Notes: generated by a model from the letters alone, not told the origin. Positions 13,401 to 26,129 are shown, numbered from the whole stretch's first letter. The stretch is DNA of 63,488 nt, filler included, from Klebsormidium nitens (GCA_000708835.1; 8 parts of 8 records of this genome joined end to end with filler, not necessarily neighbours in it), one strand, 5' to 3'. Translations and numbers: made by a program.

Positions 13401-14244
13401 TTCCGGAACATCCTCGAGCCCTTCCTCAAGATCGTCACGTAAGCATGCCTTTTCTGAACGTTTTGGCCCCCAGTCTGCTCAGATTTCTCTCATTCAAGTC
13501 GATTTACCTTTTATGCTGTGCATGGTAGCCTGCTCACATTCCTAAGGCTGGACCCTTGACCGTTATAGGTGCCATGGACCAGCGGCCGCTTCCAAGGGAT
13601 AATTGAAGAGAGTCTGATCTCATTGCCAGCTTCCGTCTCGTAAATTTTGGGTTCCGTGAAGCTGTCCCTCCGGCTTGCTGCGGAAGCTCAAGCACTTTCC
13701 TGGTCTTTCATCACTGCTGAAGCCTTTTGTGTTGCGGATCCTGCAGAAAATCGCCGAAGCTTAACACTGCCTTGGCACTGTCCGGACTGACGGCCCTCCT
13801 TGTTTCCCGGCTGGAGCACGGAGACGCTGTGGCCAAGCTAACCCTCTTGAAAATCATCAAGGTAAGCGAAACTGCTCGTAGCTCGTACTCCAGCGTTCCC
13901 GCACTATCAGAGATGGTTGGCGGGTTAGCCGACTCGTGACTGAGTTCGCCTCTTTAGATACAGAGAGAAAGTTCGGCTTCTGTCCGAATTGGAAAAGGGC
14001 CGATTGTTGCAGAAGCGGTGTGGACATTATTCGAGCGCTCTGATCAGAGCTTGCTTACCCTAGCCTCACTCTTCTGCAGGCTGTGTACGAGCACCATCCA
14101 AGGCCGAAGCAGTTTACTGTTGAGCACGATCTGCCTCGGAAGTTGCAACGGTTGGTGGAAGGGGACAGGGACGGGGAGATGGTGTTGGTGAAGCAAATGG
14201 CTTCGAGTCTCCTCAAGGCCCTGCATATAAACAGTGTACTATGA
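7421..14244 (+). CDS. MAP3KE1: MAP kinase kinase kinase epsilon (Cdc7/SepH/SepA-like STE kinase with C-terminal ARM/HEAT region), 14 exons, about 1151 aa
   Basis: Exons 7421-7480, 7689-7823, 8028-8048, 8246-8319, 8487-8661, 8873-8974, 9309-9512, 9816-11039, 11358-11996, 12232-12366, 12717-13031, 13347-13438, 13747-13861, 14080-14244. All introns GT-AG; total 3456 nt, in frame. [60 protein letters not shown]-terminal LHINSVL*, closely matching plant MAP3K-epsilon. Confidence 0.97.
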
Positions 14245-14451
14245 TCAAGAAGCTGTGCAACGACGGCCTCTGTCAAGGCATGCCCATCGTTCGTCCAGAC
14301 GCCGTTTGTCTTCTACTCACATGCTTTTCAACACCTACATCGAAATTAACCTTTATCAATCAGCTTGCATAATGGCAAGGGGGGCCTGAGTTGGCTCGTG
14401 ACACATCTACACTTGAAGAACAATGACTAGGCTGTGGACCACCTCCGGTGG

Positions 14452-14644
14452 TGGTTTGTTCCATGCAAGTGTCGCTTGAGCAATATCATGGATAGGCACT
14501 TCGAGAAGAAACACATGCAGTATACAACAATGCACAGGCTTCTCGAGTGGTTTGTTCCATGCAACTGTCGCTTGAGCATGATATCATGGATAGGCACTTC
14601 GAGAAGAAACACATGCAGTGTACAACAATGCACAGGCTTCTCGT
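14452..14644. repeat. Tandem duplication, 96-bp period, two copies, 3' of the kinase
   Basis: tggtttgttccatgcaa..ggataggcacttcgagaagaaacacatgcag..gcacaggcttctcg starts at 14452 and 14548 with few substitutions. Confidence 0.9.
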
Positions 14645-15493
14645 CATGGCCATTGCACAGATTGTTTCGAAGTTCATCTGTTTTCACAGTGGCAGCATGC
14701 CATGTTGCCAAAAGGATTCTAGCCGCAACAGTTCTTGTGGGGGTCAATGCACAGTGCATACTGCTGTCATTCATCATAGCCCGAGCTCACGTTCAGCTAG
14801 CTAGTACTAGCCCTAACATAACTTCGACCCAGCCGATCCCATGCAAACTATAACTCGCGGCGCGATAGCTGGCCCCGGACGGTGGTACGTCGACCTCATG
14901 TCGCTCTGTGTACACGGGTGCAGGGCTAGACATGTGCATGTACATGTATATGATTGTTAGTATTGGCGCACACGCATGCAGAACGTAGGCTGCAGATGTC
15001 ACGGTGCGAAATTATCGCAAAGAGGCCGATACGTACCACATTGCACATTAACATATCTTTGGTCTCAATCTTAGTTTTCGGTTGGCGGGATGAAGCTGTC
15101 GATCGGATCGATGGTCCTGATAACCCTTGACCCTTGAACTTGATCCAAAAAGGTCCATATGCAGTCGGAGTGTGTTTGCTGAACCTATACATATTGATAC
15201 AATTCGACTTTAAAACTGCAGGCCCGGCCCGGCCTCGTGCTGCATGCAACAACATACATCGTGCTACCGTCTGGTGCATATGAAACCAATCGCCAAGGCT
15301 ACTATGGAAAACGAATCTAATTCACAAGATTCACTTCTGATGGATGTCAGGACACGGAAGAACGTTGTATTCACCGTGTATATATGGCAGCACATCTTGA
15401 ACGTTTGTCATGCCATAATCCATCGGTGCCAAATCGGCTCGGGTAATCGCTAAGCGAGCAACGCGTGTCACAANNNNNNNNNNNNNNNNNNNN

Positions 15494-17026
15494 GGTGAGC
15501 GTCCCCTGCCAGTGCGCATCGGACGTCCGCAACCTCTAACTGCATTCTCTCGCGTACAGAACTTTGACTGGGAGGAGACCGCAAAAAGTGTCCCCGGACT
15601 CTTAGCTCGTGTCGACGCCCCACTCAGCCCCGCAGCCAAAAGCCGCCGGAGCTCCATTCCCAGCCTGTCCAACACTCCCCCATCGTCCCCTCAACACTCC
15701 AACCCGCCTCAGTGTAACCACTGTGGGCCCAATTCCAACCCCCACTCTTCAGATCAGTGCCCTGGACGCCCGTCCAGAGCCTTCCGCAGCAGCCTGAAGG
15801 TCAACATCAGCGCCAACTCCAGTCGGGACCAGCGAAAGCAAACCCCGGAGCAACGCCGAGAGGCCCAGGCCCACGACATCGACCAAACCCGACTGCAGCA
15901 CGCAGTCACAAGGGCGGATACCCTGTTTGCAGAACACGTAGCCCTGGACGGCACCAAGGCTGTTGAGCGTCACCGCTTCGCAGCCCGGAAGGCCAAGCTC
16001 CAACACCGCTACGTCACCACCAAGCAGCGCGGGGTGTACGAGGCCATCAGGGAGATCCCTGAGATCCTCCCCCGCAATTGGCAGCGTCNNNNNNNNNNNN
16101 NNNNNNNNNNNNNNNNNNNNNNNNNNNNNNNNNNNNNNNNNNNNNNNNNNNNNNNNNNNNNNNNNNNNNNNNNNNNNNNNNNNNNNNNNNNNNNNNNNNN
16201 NNNNNNNNNNNNNNNNNNNNNNNNNNNNNNNNNNNNNNNNNNNNNNNNNNNNNNNNNNNNNNNNNNNNNNNNNNNNNNNNNNNNNNNNNNNNNNNNNNNN
16301 NNNNNNNNNNNNNNNNNNNNNNNNNNNNNNNNNNNNNNNNNNNNNNNNNNNNNNNNNNNNNNNNNNNNNNNNNNNNNNNNNNNNNNNNNNNNNNNNNNNN
16401 NNNNNNNNNNNNNNNNNNNNNNNNNNNNNNNNNNNNNNNNNNNNNNNNNNNNNNNNNNNNNNNNNNNNNNNNNNNNNNNNNNNNNNNNNNNNNNNNNNNN
16501 NNNNNNNNNNNNNNNNNNNNNNNNNNNNNNNNNNNNNNNNNNNNNNNNNNNNNNNNNNNNNNNNNNNNNNNNNNNNNNNNNNNNNNNNNNNNNNNNNNNN
16601 NNNNNNNNNNNNNNNNNNNNNNNNNNNNNNNNNNNNNNNNNNNNNNNNNNNNNNNNNNNNNNNNNNNNNNNNNNNNNNNNNNNNNNNNNNNNNNNNNNNN
16701 NNNNNNNNNNNNNNNNNNNNNNNNNNNNNNNNNNNNNNNNNNNNNNNNNNNNNNNNNNNNNNNNNNNNNNNNNNNNNNNNNNNNNNNNNNNNNCAAGGTT
16801 GCATCAGGGCCCTGTGTACCAGAACCAACCCTTCCCCAAGCGGCCGGATCACCAGACGTACAAGGGCCGCTACCAGCCGGCCCCATACCGCCCGCCACAG
16901 CTTTTCCCCAAGTACCCGCAGTACCTGCAGTATCGTCAGCCGTACCCGCAGCCATTCCAGCCAAGGCCATCCCGGCACCTGGTTTGGAAGTCCAACAACT
17001 ACTACGAGCCCCTCACCCAGGGATAA
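15494..17026 (+). CDS. Partial gag-like ORF with a CCHC-like knuckle and a P/Q/Y-rich C-terminus, split by an N gap
   Basis: Open frame on both sides of the gap; CNHCGPNSNPHSSDQC (C-X2-C-X6-H-X4-C); no introns; TE-rich context. Frame continuity through the gap cannot be verified. Confidence 0.35.
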   Translation, partial: GERPLPVRIGRPQPLTAFSRVQNFDWEETAKSVPGLLARVDAPLSPAAKSRRSSIPSLSNTPPSSPQHSNPPQCNHCGPNSNPHSSDQCPGRPSRAFRSSLKVNISANSSRDQRKQTPEQRREAQAHDIDQTRLQHAVTRADTLFAEHVALDGTKAVERHRFAARKAKLQHRYVTTKQRGVYEAIREIPEILPRNWQRXXXXXXXXXXXXXXXXXXXXXXXXXXXXXXXXXXXXXXXXXXXXXXXXXXXXXXXXXXXXXXXXXXXXXXXXXXXXXXXXXXXXXXXXXXXXXXXXXXXXXXXXXXXXXXXXXXXXXXXXXXXXXXXXXXXXXXXXXXXXXXXXXXXXXXXXXXXXXXXXXXXXXXXXXXXXXXXXXXXXXXXXXXXXXXXXXXXXXXXXXXXXXXXXXXXXXXXXXXXXXXXXXXXXXXXXXXXXRLHQGPVYQNQPFPKRPDHQTYKGRYQPAPYRPPQLFPKYPQYLQYRQPYPQPFQPRPSRHLVWKSNNYYEPLTQG

Positions 17027-17728
17027 GGTAATCCGGAAAGCCAGAAAGGTGTTGCCTTTCTGTTGTTTCAGTTACTAAAGACTGTTGATTGACTGGTGGG
17101 ATTAATCCCAAATTAACCGAATCTACAATTAGTTGGACTGAGAATCTTTTCTTTACTGCATCTGGCTGCCTTTTGTCGAGTGCGCAGGTACAACAATTGG
17201 ACCAGAGACATTGGCTGCACAGCCAAGTGTCGCTCTCTTGTGTCACGTGGACATCACCCCACTGAACAAGGATTTTTGGTTTGCCCCTGGACAGTGTCTT
17301 AACCCACTGACAGGTTTGTCTGGACATTGAAGCTTTGAATTTGTTCAAAGCCTTTGTGTAACAGCTAGTGATAGAGTCCAGTTAGCACACTAGGCGTCTG
17401 TTTTAAGGAGGGAATCTCTAAGAAACATTCGCAGCTGGCAAGCCCAGGGGGAGAGTACCCACCCCCTGTGTTCGGAGTAGATAAGACCCTTGTAGTTATA
17501 CTGTAGTCTACCTTAGAATAGGTGACAGCACTGTCAATCCAAATCATCCCCTCCAACGTAAGTTGGAAGGTCAAAGGAAAGACAGCACTGAAACGTAGTA
17601 CCTATTGGCAGAATCAATAAGACTCTGCAGTAGGATTCAACAAGTTTGGACAACCAAACTCATAAGAACACACAATACATTGTCCAACAAAGGACACTGA
17701 GTGGATATCCAAATAACAACTGTTATCC

Positions 17729-18408
17729 ATGTCCAATCTGGAGTCTGACGTGGGATATCATCTCCGCAGAGACCTTCAGAACCCTTACGCCCAGCGCTCC
17801 TCTTACAGGAACGAAGGGCCGCGGCAACCCTTTGTCCAGTGGTCCCACCGACAACATCGCACAGTGAGAGGTGAGACTTCTGCGACCACTCAAGACACTG
17901 ATACATCAGAAAGTGTTGATTCCGCAGATTCGCATTCAGTTGCCACTGTAACAATGGCACTGAAAGAGCTTGACTCGTTTAGTCAAAAATTCACAGGAGA
18001 GACCAAATCCTCTGTGACTTTGGACAATCTGCGTTCCACTTACGCAGCATGGGAAGCCACACATAAAATGCAAGCCGGCTTTGACAGATTAACAACAACC
18101 GACAAGTTCCATGTTATCATGTCCAAAACCGGTGGAGCAGCACACGATACTTGCTTATCCTTGTTAACTGAAAAGGAAGACGAGTTAGCAAAACATAATG
18201 AATCATTGCAGTCCAATTATCTGACAGATAAAGGCACCGCAGAGCAGGCTATACTACACATGGGATGCACAGACAGCAGAACAACGAGGAGACGCTGTCC
18301 GGCCCACACTTCCACCTGAACCACCACAAGCTGTCAACTTTTTGGGAGATCCGGTTGCTGAACTTTGGATCCGTCTTTTGCAGGCTTACCTCAAGGATTC
18401 CGCCGCCA
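17729..18408 (+). pseudogene. gag-like ORF copy 1, frameshifted
   Basis: ctatactacacatgg versus ctatagccacatgg in copies 2 and 3 gives +1 nt and a frameshift near 18250. Confidence 0.6.
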
Positions 18409-18850
18409 ANNNNNNNNNNNNNNNNNNNNTTGGCAGGTTTGTCTGGACATTGAAGCTTTGAATTTGTTAAAGCCTTTGTGTAACAGCTAGTGATAGAGTC
18501 CAGTTAGCACACTAGGCGTCTGTTTTAAGGAGGGAATCTCTAAGAAACATTCGCAGCTGGCAAGCCCAGGGGGAGAGTACCCACCCTCTGTGTTCGGAGT
18601 AGATAAGACCCTTGTAGTTATACAGTAGTCTACCTTAGAACAGGTGACAGCACTGTCAATCCGCATCATCCTCCCCAACGTAAGTTGGAAGGTCAAAGGA
18701 AAGACAGCACTGAAACGTAGTACCTATTGGCAGAATCAATAAGACTCTGCAGTAGGATTCAACAAGTTTGGACAACCAAACTCATAAGAACACACAATAC
18801 ATTGTCCAACAAAGGACACTGAGTGGACATCCAAATAACAACTGTTATCC

Positions 18851-19660
18851 ATGTCCAATCTGGAGTCTGACGTGGGATATCATCTCCGCAGAGACCTTCA
18901 GAACCCTTACGCCCAGCGCTCCTCTTACAGGAACGAAGGGCCGCGGCAACCCTTTGTCCAGTGGTCCCATCGACAACATCGCACAGTGAGAGGTGAGACT
19001 TTTGCGACCACTCAAGACACTGATACATGGGAAAGTGTTGATTCCGCAGACTCGCATTCAGTTGCCACTGTAACAATGGCACTGAGAGAGCTTGACTCGT
19101 TTAGTCAAAAATTCACAGGAGAAACGAAATCCTCTGTGACTTTGGACAATCTGCGTTCCACTTACGCAGCATGGGAAGCCACACATAAACTGCAAGCCGG
19201 CTTTGACAGATTAATAACAACCGACAAGTTCCATGTTATCATGTCCAAAACCGGTGGAGCAGCACACGATACTTGCTTATCCTTGTTAACTGAAAAGGAA
19301 GACGAGTTAGCAAAACATAATGAATCATTGCAGTCCAATTATTTGAGAGATAAAGGCACTGCAGAGCAGGCTATAGCCACATGGGATGCACAGACAGCAG
19401 AACAACGAGGAGACGCTGTCCGGCCCACACTTCCACCTGAACCACCACAAGCTGTCAACTTTTTGGGAGATCCGGTTGCTAAACTTTGGATCCGTCTTTT
19501 GCAGGCTTACCCCAAGGATTCCGCCGCCAAGATCCAAGCTTATGGAGATTTCAAGGTTGAAGATAATGAGTCGATTACTACAGCTAGTCAGAAAATGTCT
19601 AAGTTAGCTCTAGATTTGAAACAACCACAAACACAGGCAGCTGAGAAGCTACTCAATGCG
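18851..19660 (+). CDS. gag-like ORF copy 2, open until the N gap
   Basis: 270 uninterrupted codons; longest copy. Confidence 0.6.
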
Positions 19661-19902
19661 NNNNNNNNNNNNNNNNNNNNACGCCATACGCGCGCGGACA
19701 ATATACTGGGACGAGTTCGATATGAAGATTCATAGACTCGAATCGTCACAGAAAGACAGCACTGAAACGTAGTACCTATTGGCAGAATCAATAAGACTCT
19801 GTAGTAGGATTCAACAAGTTTAGACAACTAAACTCATAAGAACACACAATACGTTGTCCAACAAAGGACACTGAGTGGACATCCAAATAACAACTGTTAT
19901 CC

Positions 19903-20581
19903 ATGTCCAATCTGGAGTCTGACGTGGGATATCATCTCCGCAAAAACCTTCAGAACCCTTACGCCCAGCGCTCCTCTTACAGGAACGAAGGGCCGCGGCA
20001 ACCCTTTGTCCAGTGGTCCCACCGACAACATCGCACAGTGAGAGGTGAGACTTCTGCGGCTACTCAAGACACTGATAAATCAGAAAGTGTTGATTCCGCA
20101 GACTCGCATTCAGTTGCCACTGTAACAATGGCACTGAGAGAGCTTGACTCGTTTAGTCAAAAATTCACAGGAGAAACGAAATCCTCTGTGACTTTGGACA
20201 ATATGCGTTCCACTTACGCAGCATGGGAAGCCACACATAAACTGCAAGCCGGCTTTGACAGGTTAACAACAACCGACAAGTTCCATGTTATCATGTCCAA
20301 AACCGGTGGAGCAGCACACGATACTTGCTTATCCTTGTTAACAGAAAAGGAAGACGAGTTAGCAAAACATAATGAATCATTGCAGTCCAATTATCTGAGA
20401 GATAAAGGCACCGCAGAGCAGGCTATAGCCACATGGGATGCACAGACAGCAGAACAACGAGGAGACGCTGTCCGACCCACACTTCCACCTGAACCATCAC
20501 AAGCTGTCAACTTTTTGGGAGATCCGGTTGCTGAACTTTGGATCCGTCTTTTGCAGGCTTACCCCAAGGATTCTGCCGCCA
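19903..20581 (+). CDS. gag-like ORF copy 3, truncated by contig end
   Basis: Same protein with several substitutions (e.g. RKNLQ, TDKSES, DNMRS, VAELW). Confidence 0.6.
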
Positions 20582-20582
20582 G

Positions 20583-20682
20583 NNNNNNNNNNNNNNNNNN
20601 NNNNNNNNNNNNNNNNNNNNNNNNNNTTAATTAATTAANNNNNNNNNNNNNNNNNNNNNNNNNNNNNNNNNNNNNNNNNNNN
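20583..20682. other. Artificial contig linker
   Basis: N44-TTAATTAATTAA-N44, stops in all six frames. Confidence 0.97.
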
Positions 20683-20779
20683 CGTGTGATGAGCATGAGT
20701 GCCGGGCAGCTACGATAAGACCCGATGACGAGTGAAACCACACAATTCTAGTCCCCTACAAGGTGAATCTCAACAATCT

Positions 20780-21600
20780 CAACAAAGACCAAGTAGCCAG
20801 AGTAGTTGGCAGATAACGACCAAACAAATTTGGAGAACTTGAGAGATCAAGGACCCGGAAAAGGTAGATGCAAGAGATTCAGACCGGATTTGTGTGTGAA
20901 CCGGTCGATGGTTGTTGGTTGGAGTGAGCGAAGCTTGGCCGTCGATTATAGACACCACGTGGCGAAGGCTTATGGTAGACTTGGACTAGGTTGGAGTAGC
21001 CCTAGCTACGGGATTGAACTTGACTTGCACCATTGTCCTTTGGCAAATCTTTGAAGGCATGGATTGCCAAATCTACTCTGGGGACGGTTTGACCCGCCGT
21101 CTCCATATCCACCTTAATCTCGAAAGTCTCCCACGTACTCCGCAATGCTCTTCATACGGGTCAACGTCAAGCTTGTCAACTTCTTCCTCAATTGGACAAT
21201 CCTTGCATTGCTTGTCTTTTCAAGGTTCTCCTCAAGCTTCTTCCAAGCCTACGAGGAATTCAACCACCCCCACACACAAGCGCCTTCACAAAAAGCGCGA
21301 TGAACTCTCTCCAAGCATCTCCAGGTATGAATGTCAAATTTCATGACAATAGTTCAAGTCAAGCCCAATCCCGTAGCTAGGTCTACTCCAATCTAGTCCA
21401 AGTCTACTATCACCCTTAGATACGTGGATATTAGAATCGAAGGCCTAGCTTCAAGCACTCCAACCAAGTATCAACGAACGGTCCACGGGAAATGGTCTTA
21501 ATCTCTTGCATATATCGTTCTCAGGTTCAAAATCTCCTTCAAATATGTCTGATCTTAATTCGGCAACCACTTGGCTAATTAATCCTTATTTGTCAAGCAC
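20780..21600. repeat. Imperfect inverted repeat, arms about 250 bp (20780-21030 and 21353-21600)
   Basis: gtagacttggactaggttggagtagccctagctacgggattgaacttgacttg on the left pairs with caagtcaagcccaatcccgtagctaggtctactccaatctagtccaagtctac on the right. Homology continues outward to tagcca..agt.gtt. Confidence 0.85.
21030..21255 (-). mobile_element. Ty1/copia gag (UBN2) fragment, frameshifted
   Basis: Minus strand reads AWKKLEENLEKTSNARIVQLRKKLTSLTLTRMKSIAEYVGDFR, frameshift, KVDMETAGQTVPRVDLAIHAFKDLPK. Confidence 0.7.
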
Positions 21601-21844
21601 ACATTCTTTCTCAGCTTAATCCGTCAAGCACTCGAGTTCTTTCATCTTTATTTGCCACGCACTGACCTCCATTTTTCTTCATCTATCAAAGCAATCAATC
21701 GTTTTCATCTTGATCTACCACGCACTCAACTCCTTTTCATCTCAATCTGCCGGGAAATCCACTTGTTCGATCTCATATTTACAAGTGCCAATTGTCGTTG
21801 CTCTCAACGATTTGGTCGTCAATCATTCTTAATCTCAACGGGGT

Positions 21845-22990
21845 CGAACCGTTTTCGAGGTAGAGTTGGCGGTCTATGCTTTGAATGGGTTGCCAAAGAA
21901 GTATGCAACTCAACTGGAGTATCTAGAGTTGAGTGACACGGAGTTGACGTTGAATACGCTTCAACCAATATTCATGCGAAAGGAGCAAAAGTTGAAGAGC
22001 TTGGAAGTGGAGTTAGAGGCTCCGAAGGAGAAGGAGGATGAGAAGGCGTTTGTTGCGTGCAAGGCGTTTGTTTTTAAGCAGGATAGGTATGGGGTGACCG
22101 TTGCCAGGGGATCAAATAAGCGTTAAGTCATCGGAAGGGGAAGGAGGTATGACAACTTGCTACGCCTGCGGTGAGAAGAGCCACGTCCGGGCCTATTGTC
22201 AGAAGGCGAATGCGGAGTGCTTCATGTGTGGTGAGACGGAGCACATTAGCTCGGTGTGTAGAAAGCTCCGGGGTAGTGCAAGGAGTGGCGATAAGGACCG
22301 GCCGGACCAAAAGCAGTTTGCCGGTGTGGCGTTTACGGCGTGGCGCAAAGAGGCGGCGGGGCGGGTGTGTCGCTCGTTGACTCGGGGAGCACCGAACACA
22401 TCACGGCGAGAGAAGAGCCAATTCGCAAGCTACGAGAGGCTTGCACGTACGGAGAGGATAGAGGGGCTCAGGGAGTTAAGCCTTAACGGCGGTGGGGATT
22501 GGAAAGGTCGTCTTGGAGTGGGAGACGCCGAACAGTGCGAGCACGTCACCTTGAATGAGGTTTGGCATGTCCCGAAGCGAGGGCGAAATTGTTTGAGCAC
22601 TGTGCGGAGAGCAACGGACGCGGGAGCAAGGGTCTCCCTTGAGAGGGTAGTAGCCCGGTTCGAGATGAAGGTGTGGTGAAAATTGAGGCGGTACAACACG
22701 GCGGCTTGTGGGAGATTGTAACGGTGAAGAAGCCGCGGGCATTCGTGGCGGTCAAGGGCCCGGCCAAAACGGGGTTTCGATTTGGAGAGGAAGCAAGGAA
22801 GCCGCCGATACTCGCGGGGAGAAAGCTGGTGGAGGTGAAACCGGTTAAGTACATTGAGGTGGACCTTGACTCGGATGACGAAGAGGAAGAGGTCCACCGG
22901 GTGGACACGGAGATGGAGGCGTTGAAGACCATGTCACAACGGAAGCCGTGGGAGCCGCAGCGAAAGGCGTGGGAGCAGGGGCAAAGATAG
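21845..22990 (+). mobile_element. Degenerate Ty1/copia gag-protease remnant
   Basis: LAVYALNGLPKKYAT (UBN2); twin knuckles CYACGEKSHVRAYC and CFMCGETEHISSVC; AGVAFTAW followed by a decayed DSGA-type protease region. Frameshifts and stops present. Confidence 0.8.
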
Positions 22991-25900
22991 CTTTGAAGGA
23001 GACGGAGCGGGTGGTATCGCCGGACACGGACGGCCAACGGTATCCGGATAGAGATTGAGCGGCATCCGGGAGCTTTTGGGAGACACCGACCGAGAAGGGG
23101 TGCATCACGCCAAGGTCCAAGAAAAGAGCGGGTAAAAGAGGTTAGACGTAAGCGGGACATTTCGTCCGCGTGGGAGTGTTGAGAAACGGAGTTGATTGAC
23201 TGCCAAGTTATTGAGTTAGGCTCGATAGAGTTGAGCCGTAGGATCGTGGATTATGTCGTGTAATGTCGATAGTAGGATTGTGGTTTGTGTCGTGTGATAT
23301 TGACCGTGCAATTCGAAAGTTGACTCGTCTAATATCGACCGTCGGATTGGGTGGTGACTCTCGTTCGATGTGAGTCGATTCGAGTAGTATACTTCCCCAA
23401 CTGGTCATTAGTAGTACGGTACTACCGACCACTAGTAGTATGGTGCCCCGCTTACAAGTCCGAGTGGAACATGGTAGGGCCGCCTGGCGACGGCTCCGGC
23501 TAGCCTCTTCCAGGAAGGTGGTATGCAGGCCTCCAAACGAGAATTTTAAAATTTTGGAACTTTCGATGTCGGTACGTACCCTTCCATGCACGAAGCTCGA
23601 CGTTGGAGCTATTGACTTTCGAAGTTTCGACGTTGGTACTTTCCATGCGCGAACGACTTGACAGCTAAGCTGTCAAAGTGCGCATTTACTCCGCATTTGA
23701 TCCCCGTCGCCGAACAAAACTCATACTTAAGCTCTCTGAGGCAACGCATACAGCCATGCCGTCGAACATCAAAGTCGCGAGCGTTCGATGCGAAATCGAG
23801 CATCTGCGCCGCATTGCGCGCCAGTCTGGCAAAGGTCTTCAACGTTTCATGGCAACTATTCTCCTTTTCCTTGTACGTTTTATCGTCGAAAACCCGCCAT
23901 TCGAGCTGAGTAATCGCCAGGCTCGCGCCGCGGCGTCGTACAGCGCCGAATTCAACGAACCCTATATCTCCCCTCATCCTCCGGAAGAGGCTAGCCAAAA
24001 TACAATAGGCCGTAATGTTTGTAGTAGAGTGACCCTTGATGGAAAGGGGTCCATATAGTTGAAACCGACTAGTGGGTGGTGGAAGTAGACCCGACCTACG
24101 TTGGAATACACCGAGCTACAGGATGGGATTGACTTTTGACTAATGTCATGTGATGATATTCATTCTAAGAGATGCTTGAAAGGGAGAACGACGCTTGATG
24201 TGAAGGTGCTTATATGAGAGTGTGGTTAGATCCTAACTTGTGACAAGCATAAGTGAATTTTTGAAAAAACACTTACCGCCAATTTTGCAATATAAGCACT
24301 CAAGAGTGCCATGTCTGGAAAGATACCGGCTTAGCGGCGTCCGTGGGTTTGAGATACGCCTCCCTGCATCAAAGACAAAAGAATATCAGCAGGCAATCAT
24401 TTAAACAGATCGGGAATATAAGGGAGATACTCCACTTTCTTCCAAGCGCAGGAAGAGCTTCAACTAGAAGCATCCTTTTTGGTGAATTAACACTGTCCAC
24501 CAACCAGAATCCTTTGTAGGGGTCTAGACCACTATTAGAGGAAAAGGCCCATTGCAAAGAAGATTCTACGCCACATGGTCACGATTTAGAATACAAGATG
24601 ATGCCCGCAGGAAAGAAGGTGCCCGTTGCAGACAAAATGCACCGGCTTGCTGCAATAGAAAACAGCTCACTGAAAGTTTGGAACTCAGAAAGGTTGTCCG
24701 CAAAAAAGGAAAGAGCCCACTACGAAACAAAAGCAGCGTAGCAATATAAAAACAACCCCCCAATAGTTTCACTATAGAAAGGCTGCCTACATAGCGCCCA
24801 CTACAAGCAAAACACACCGGCTCGCGCGACAAGTAAAAGCAGCCACCAAATAGCAGCCCACCAACAATTTCAACCAAAGAACGCTACCAAAGCACCCGCT
24901 GTGCACCTCTTTGGCCTGCCGAATCGCAATGCACTACATCGTGCAAGCATTAGGATACAAAGCACAGCTAGGGTTCAGTCGACGGCTCCAAACACCTCGT
25001 TGCGCCACTCACTTTTCTTGTCGGCGCCCGCCTCGCTGCTGCCCTAATATTGCATGTCATTTTAAAATCTCCGCAAAGCTGGATGGACCGCCGGCGCTGG
25101 CCACAGGCTTTGCTTGCTAGGCACGGAAGTGGAATCTGGTCGGCGCTCTAAATGCTAAAGAAAACTTTAAGCTAGCACTTTGCAAGGTGAGGTTAGCATG
25201 GTTGTGGTTTCGGCCGTGAATTTACTCCTTGTGGTTTCAGGATTCACAAGTCCTGCGCAGTGAGGAATAGACTATTATCGAATAGGCTTAGGTGCGATAA
25301 TAGTGGTGAATGCTTCCATAAGACTCTTCGAATAAATATTTAAGACTGTACGTATTCTTAGAATAAGTATAAATAGAGTTTCGCGAGCTGGAAGTCCCCG
25401 ATTCCCAACTCGCCTCTAGAAAATTGCAGCAGAATTTTGCTTGTATGGGCAGGAAGGAGAGGCGCCCAAACTCTCCTTCGCCGCCCTCACCAACGTGCCC
25501 AACCAGCCCCGGGCCAACCCCTTTGAGGTTGTGGCAGATGCCTGCACAGGATCTCTTCAGCCCCTCGTCTTCTGGTCCAAGTTGGGATCCACTGGACGAC
25601 CCCAACGACCACTTCACCGACCTGGAGATCAGTGACACTGAGGACAACGAGGTGGTGGCACCTAAGCGGCGCCCCCCACCATCTCCTGCACCTTACCCCC
25701 GGCCATCTGTCACACGGCGAAGAAAGCTTCCTTTGGGTAAGTCCATGGGGGACCTGGGTGGCAACCATGATGGTACCACCTCTGCTGATGCAGACAATGC
25801 TGTAGTTGAAGGTATAATGAGAGGGAATCTTTTGTTAGGGCGACGTGAGCGTGACCCTACTCCTAGCGCCCGCAATGGCGAGATGTACAACTCCATTAAA

Positions 25901-26129
25901 TGCTCGGTTATCCCATGATAATGGTCAACAGCAAAATGGGGGCAATGGTCCCCTAGAGCATCCCATCGTGTCCCCCTCTGCAATGGTCTCAGAATTTCTT
26001 CTCGTATGCTTGCGCCCAATGGGGCGCCAGGTGAAAATCCTCTATCTTCAGAAAGCCTGATGGGGCGTAGAACGTCTTGGGCCCGTATTCGGGCCTCCAC
26101 CGGTTGCAGATCAGGGGGGTTTTAACACT

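Larger units (their letters stand above)
17307..20581 (+). mobile_element. Three near-identical head-to-tail units of LTR/leader-like DNA plus a Ty3/gypsy-like gag ORF
   Basis: Non-coding leader repeated at about 17307 and 18434 (third copy shorter, from about 19755). Each is followed by MSNLESDVGY..LWIRLLQAYPKDSAAKIQAYGDFKVEDNESI, resembling a retrotransposon capsid. Units are separated by short N gaps. Confidence 0.6.

Noticed and set aside
23208-25918. Genes in ORFs 23609-23998, 24552-24877 and 25424-25918
   Set aside because: No recognisable motifs or consistent splice structure; probably LTR-like or low-complexity TE-derived DNA.
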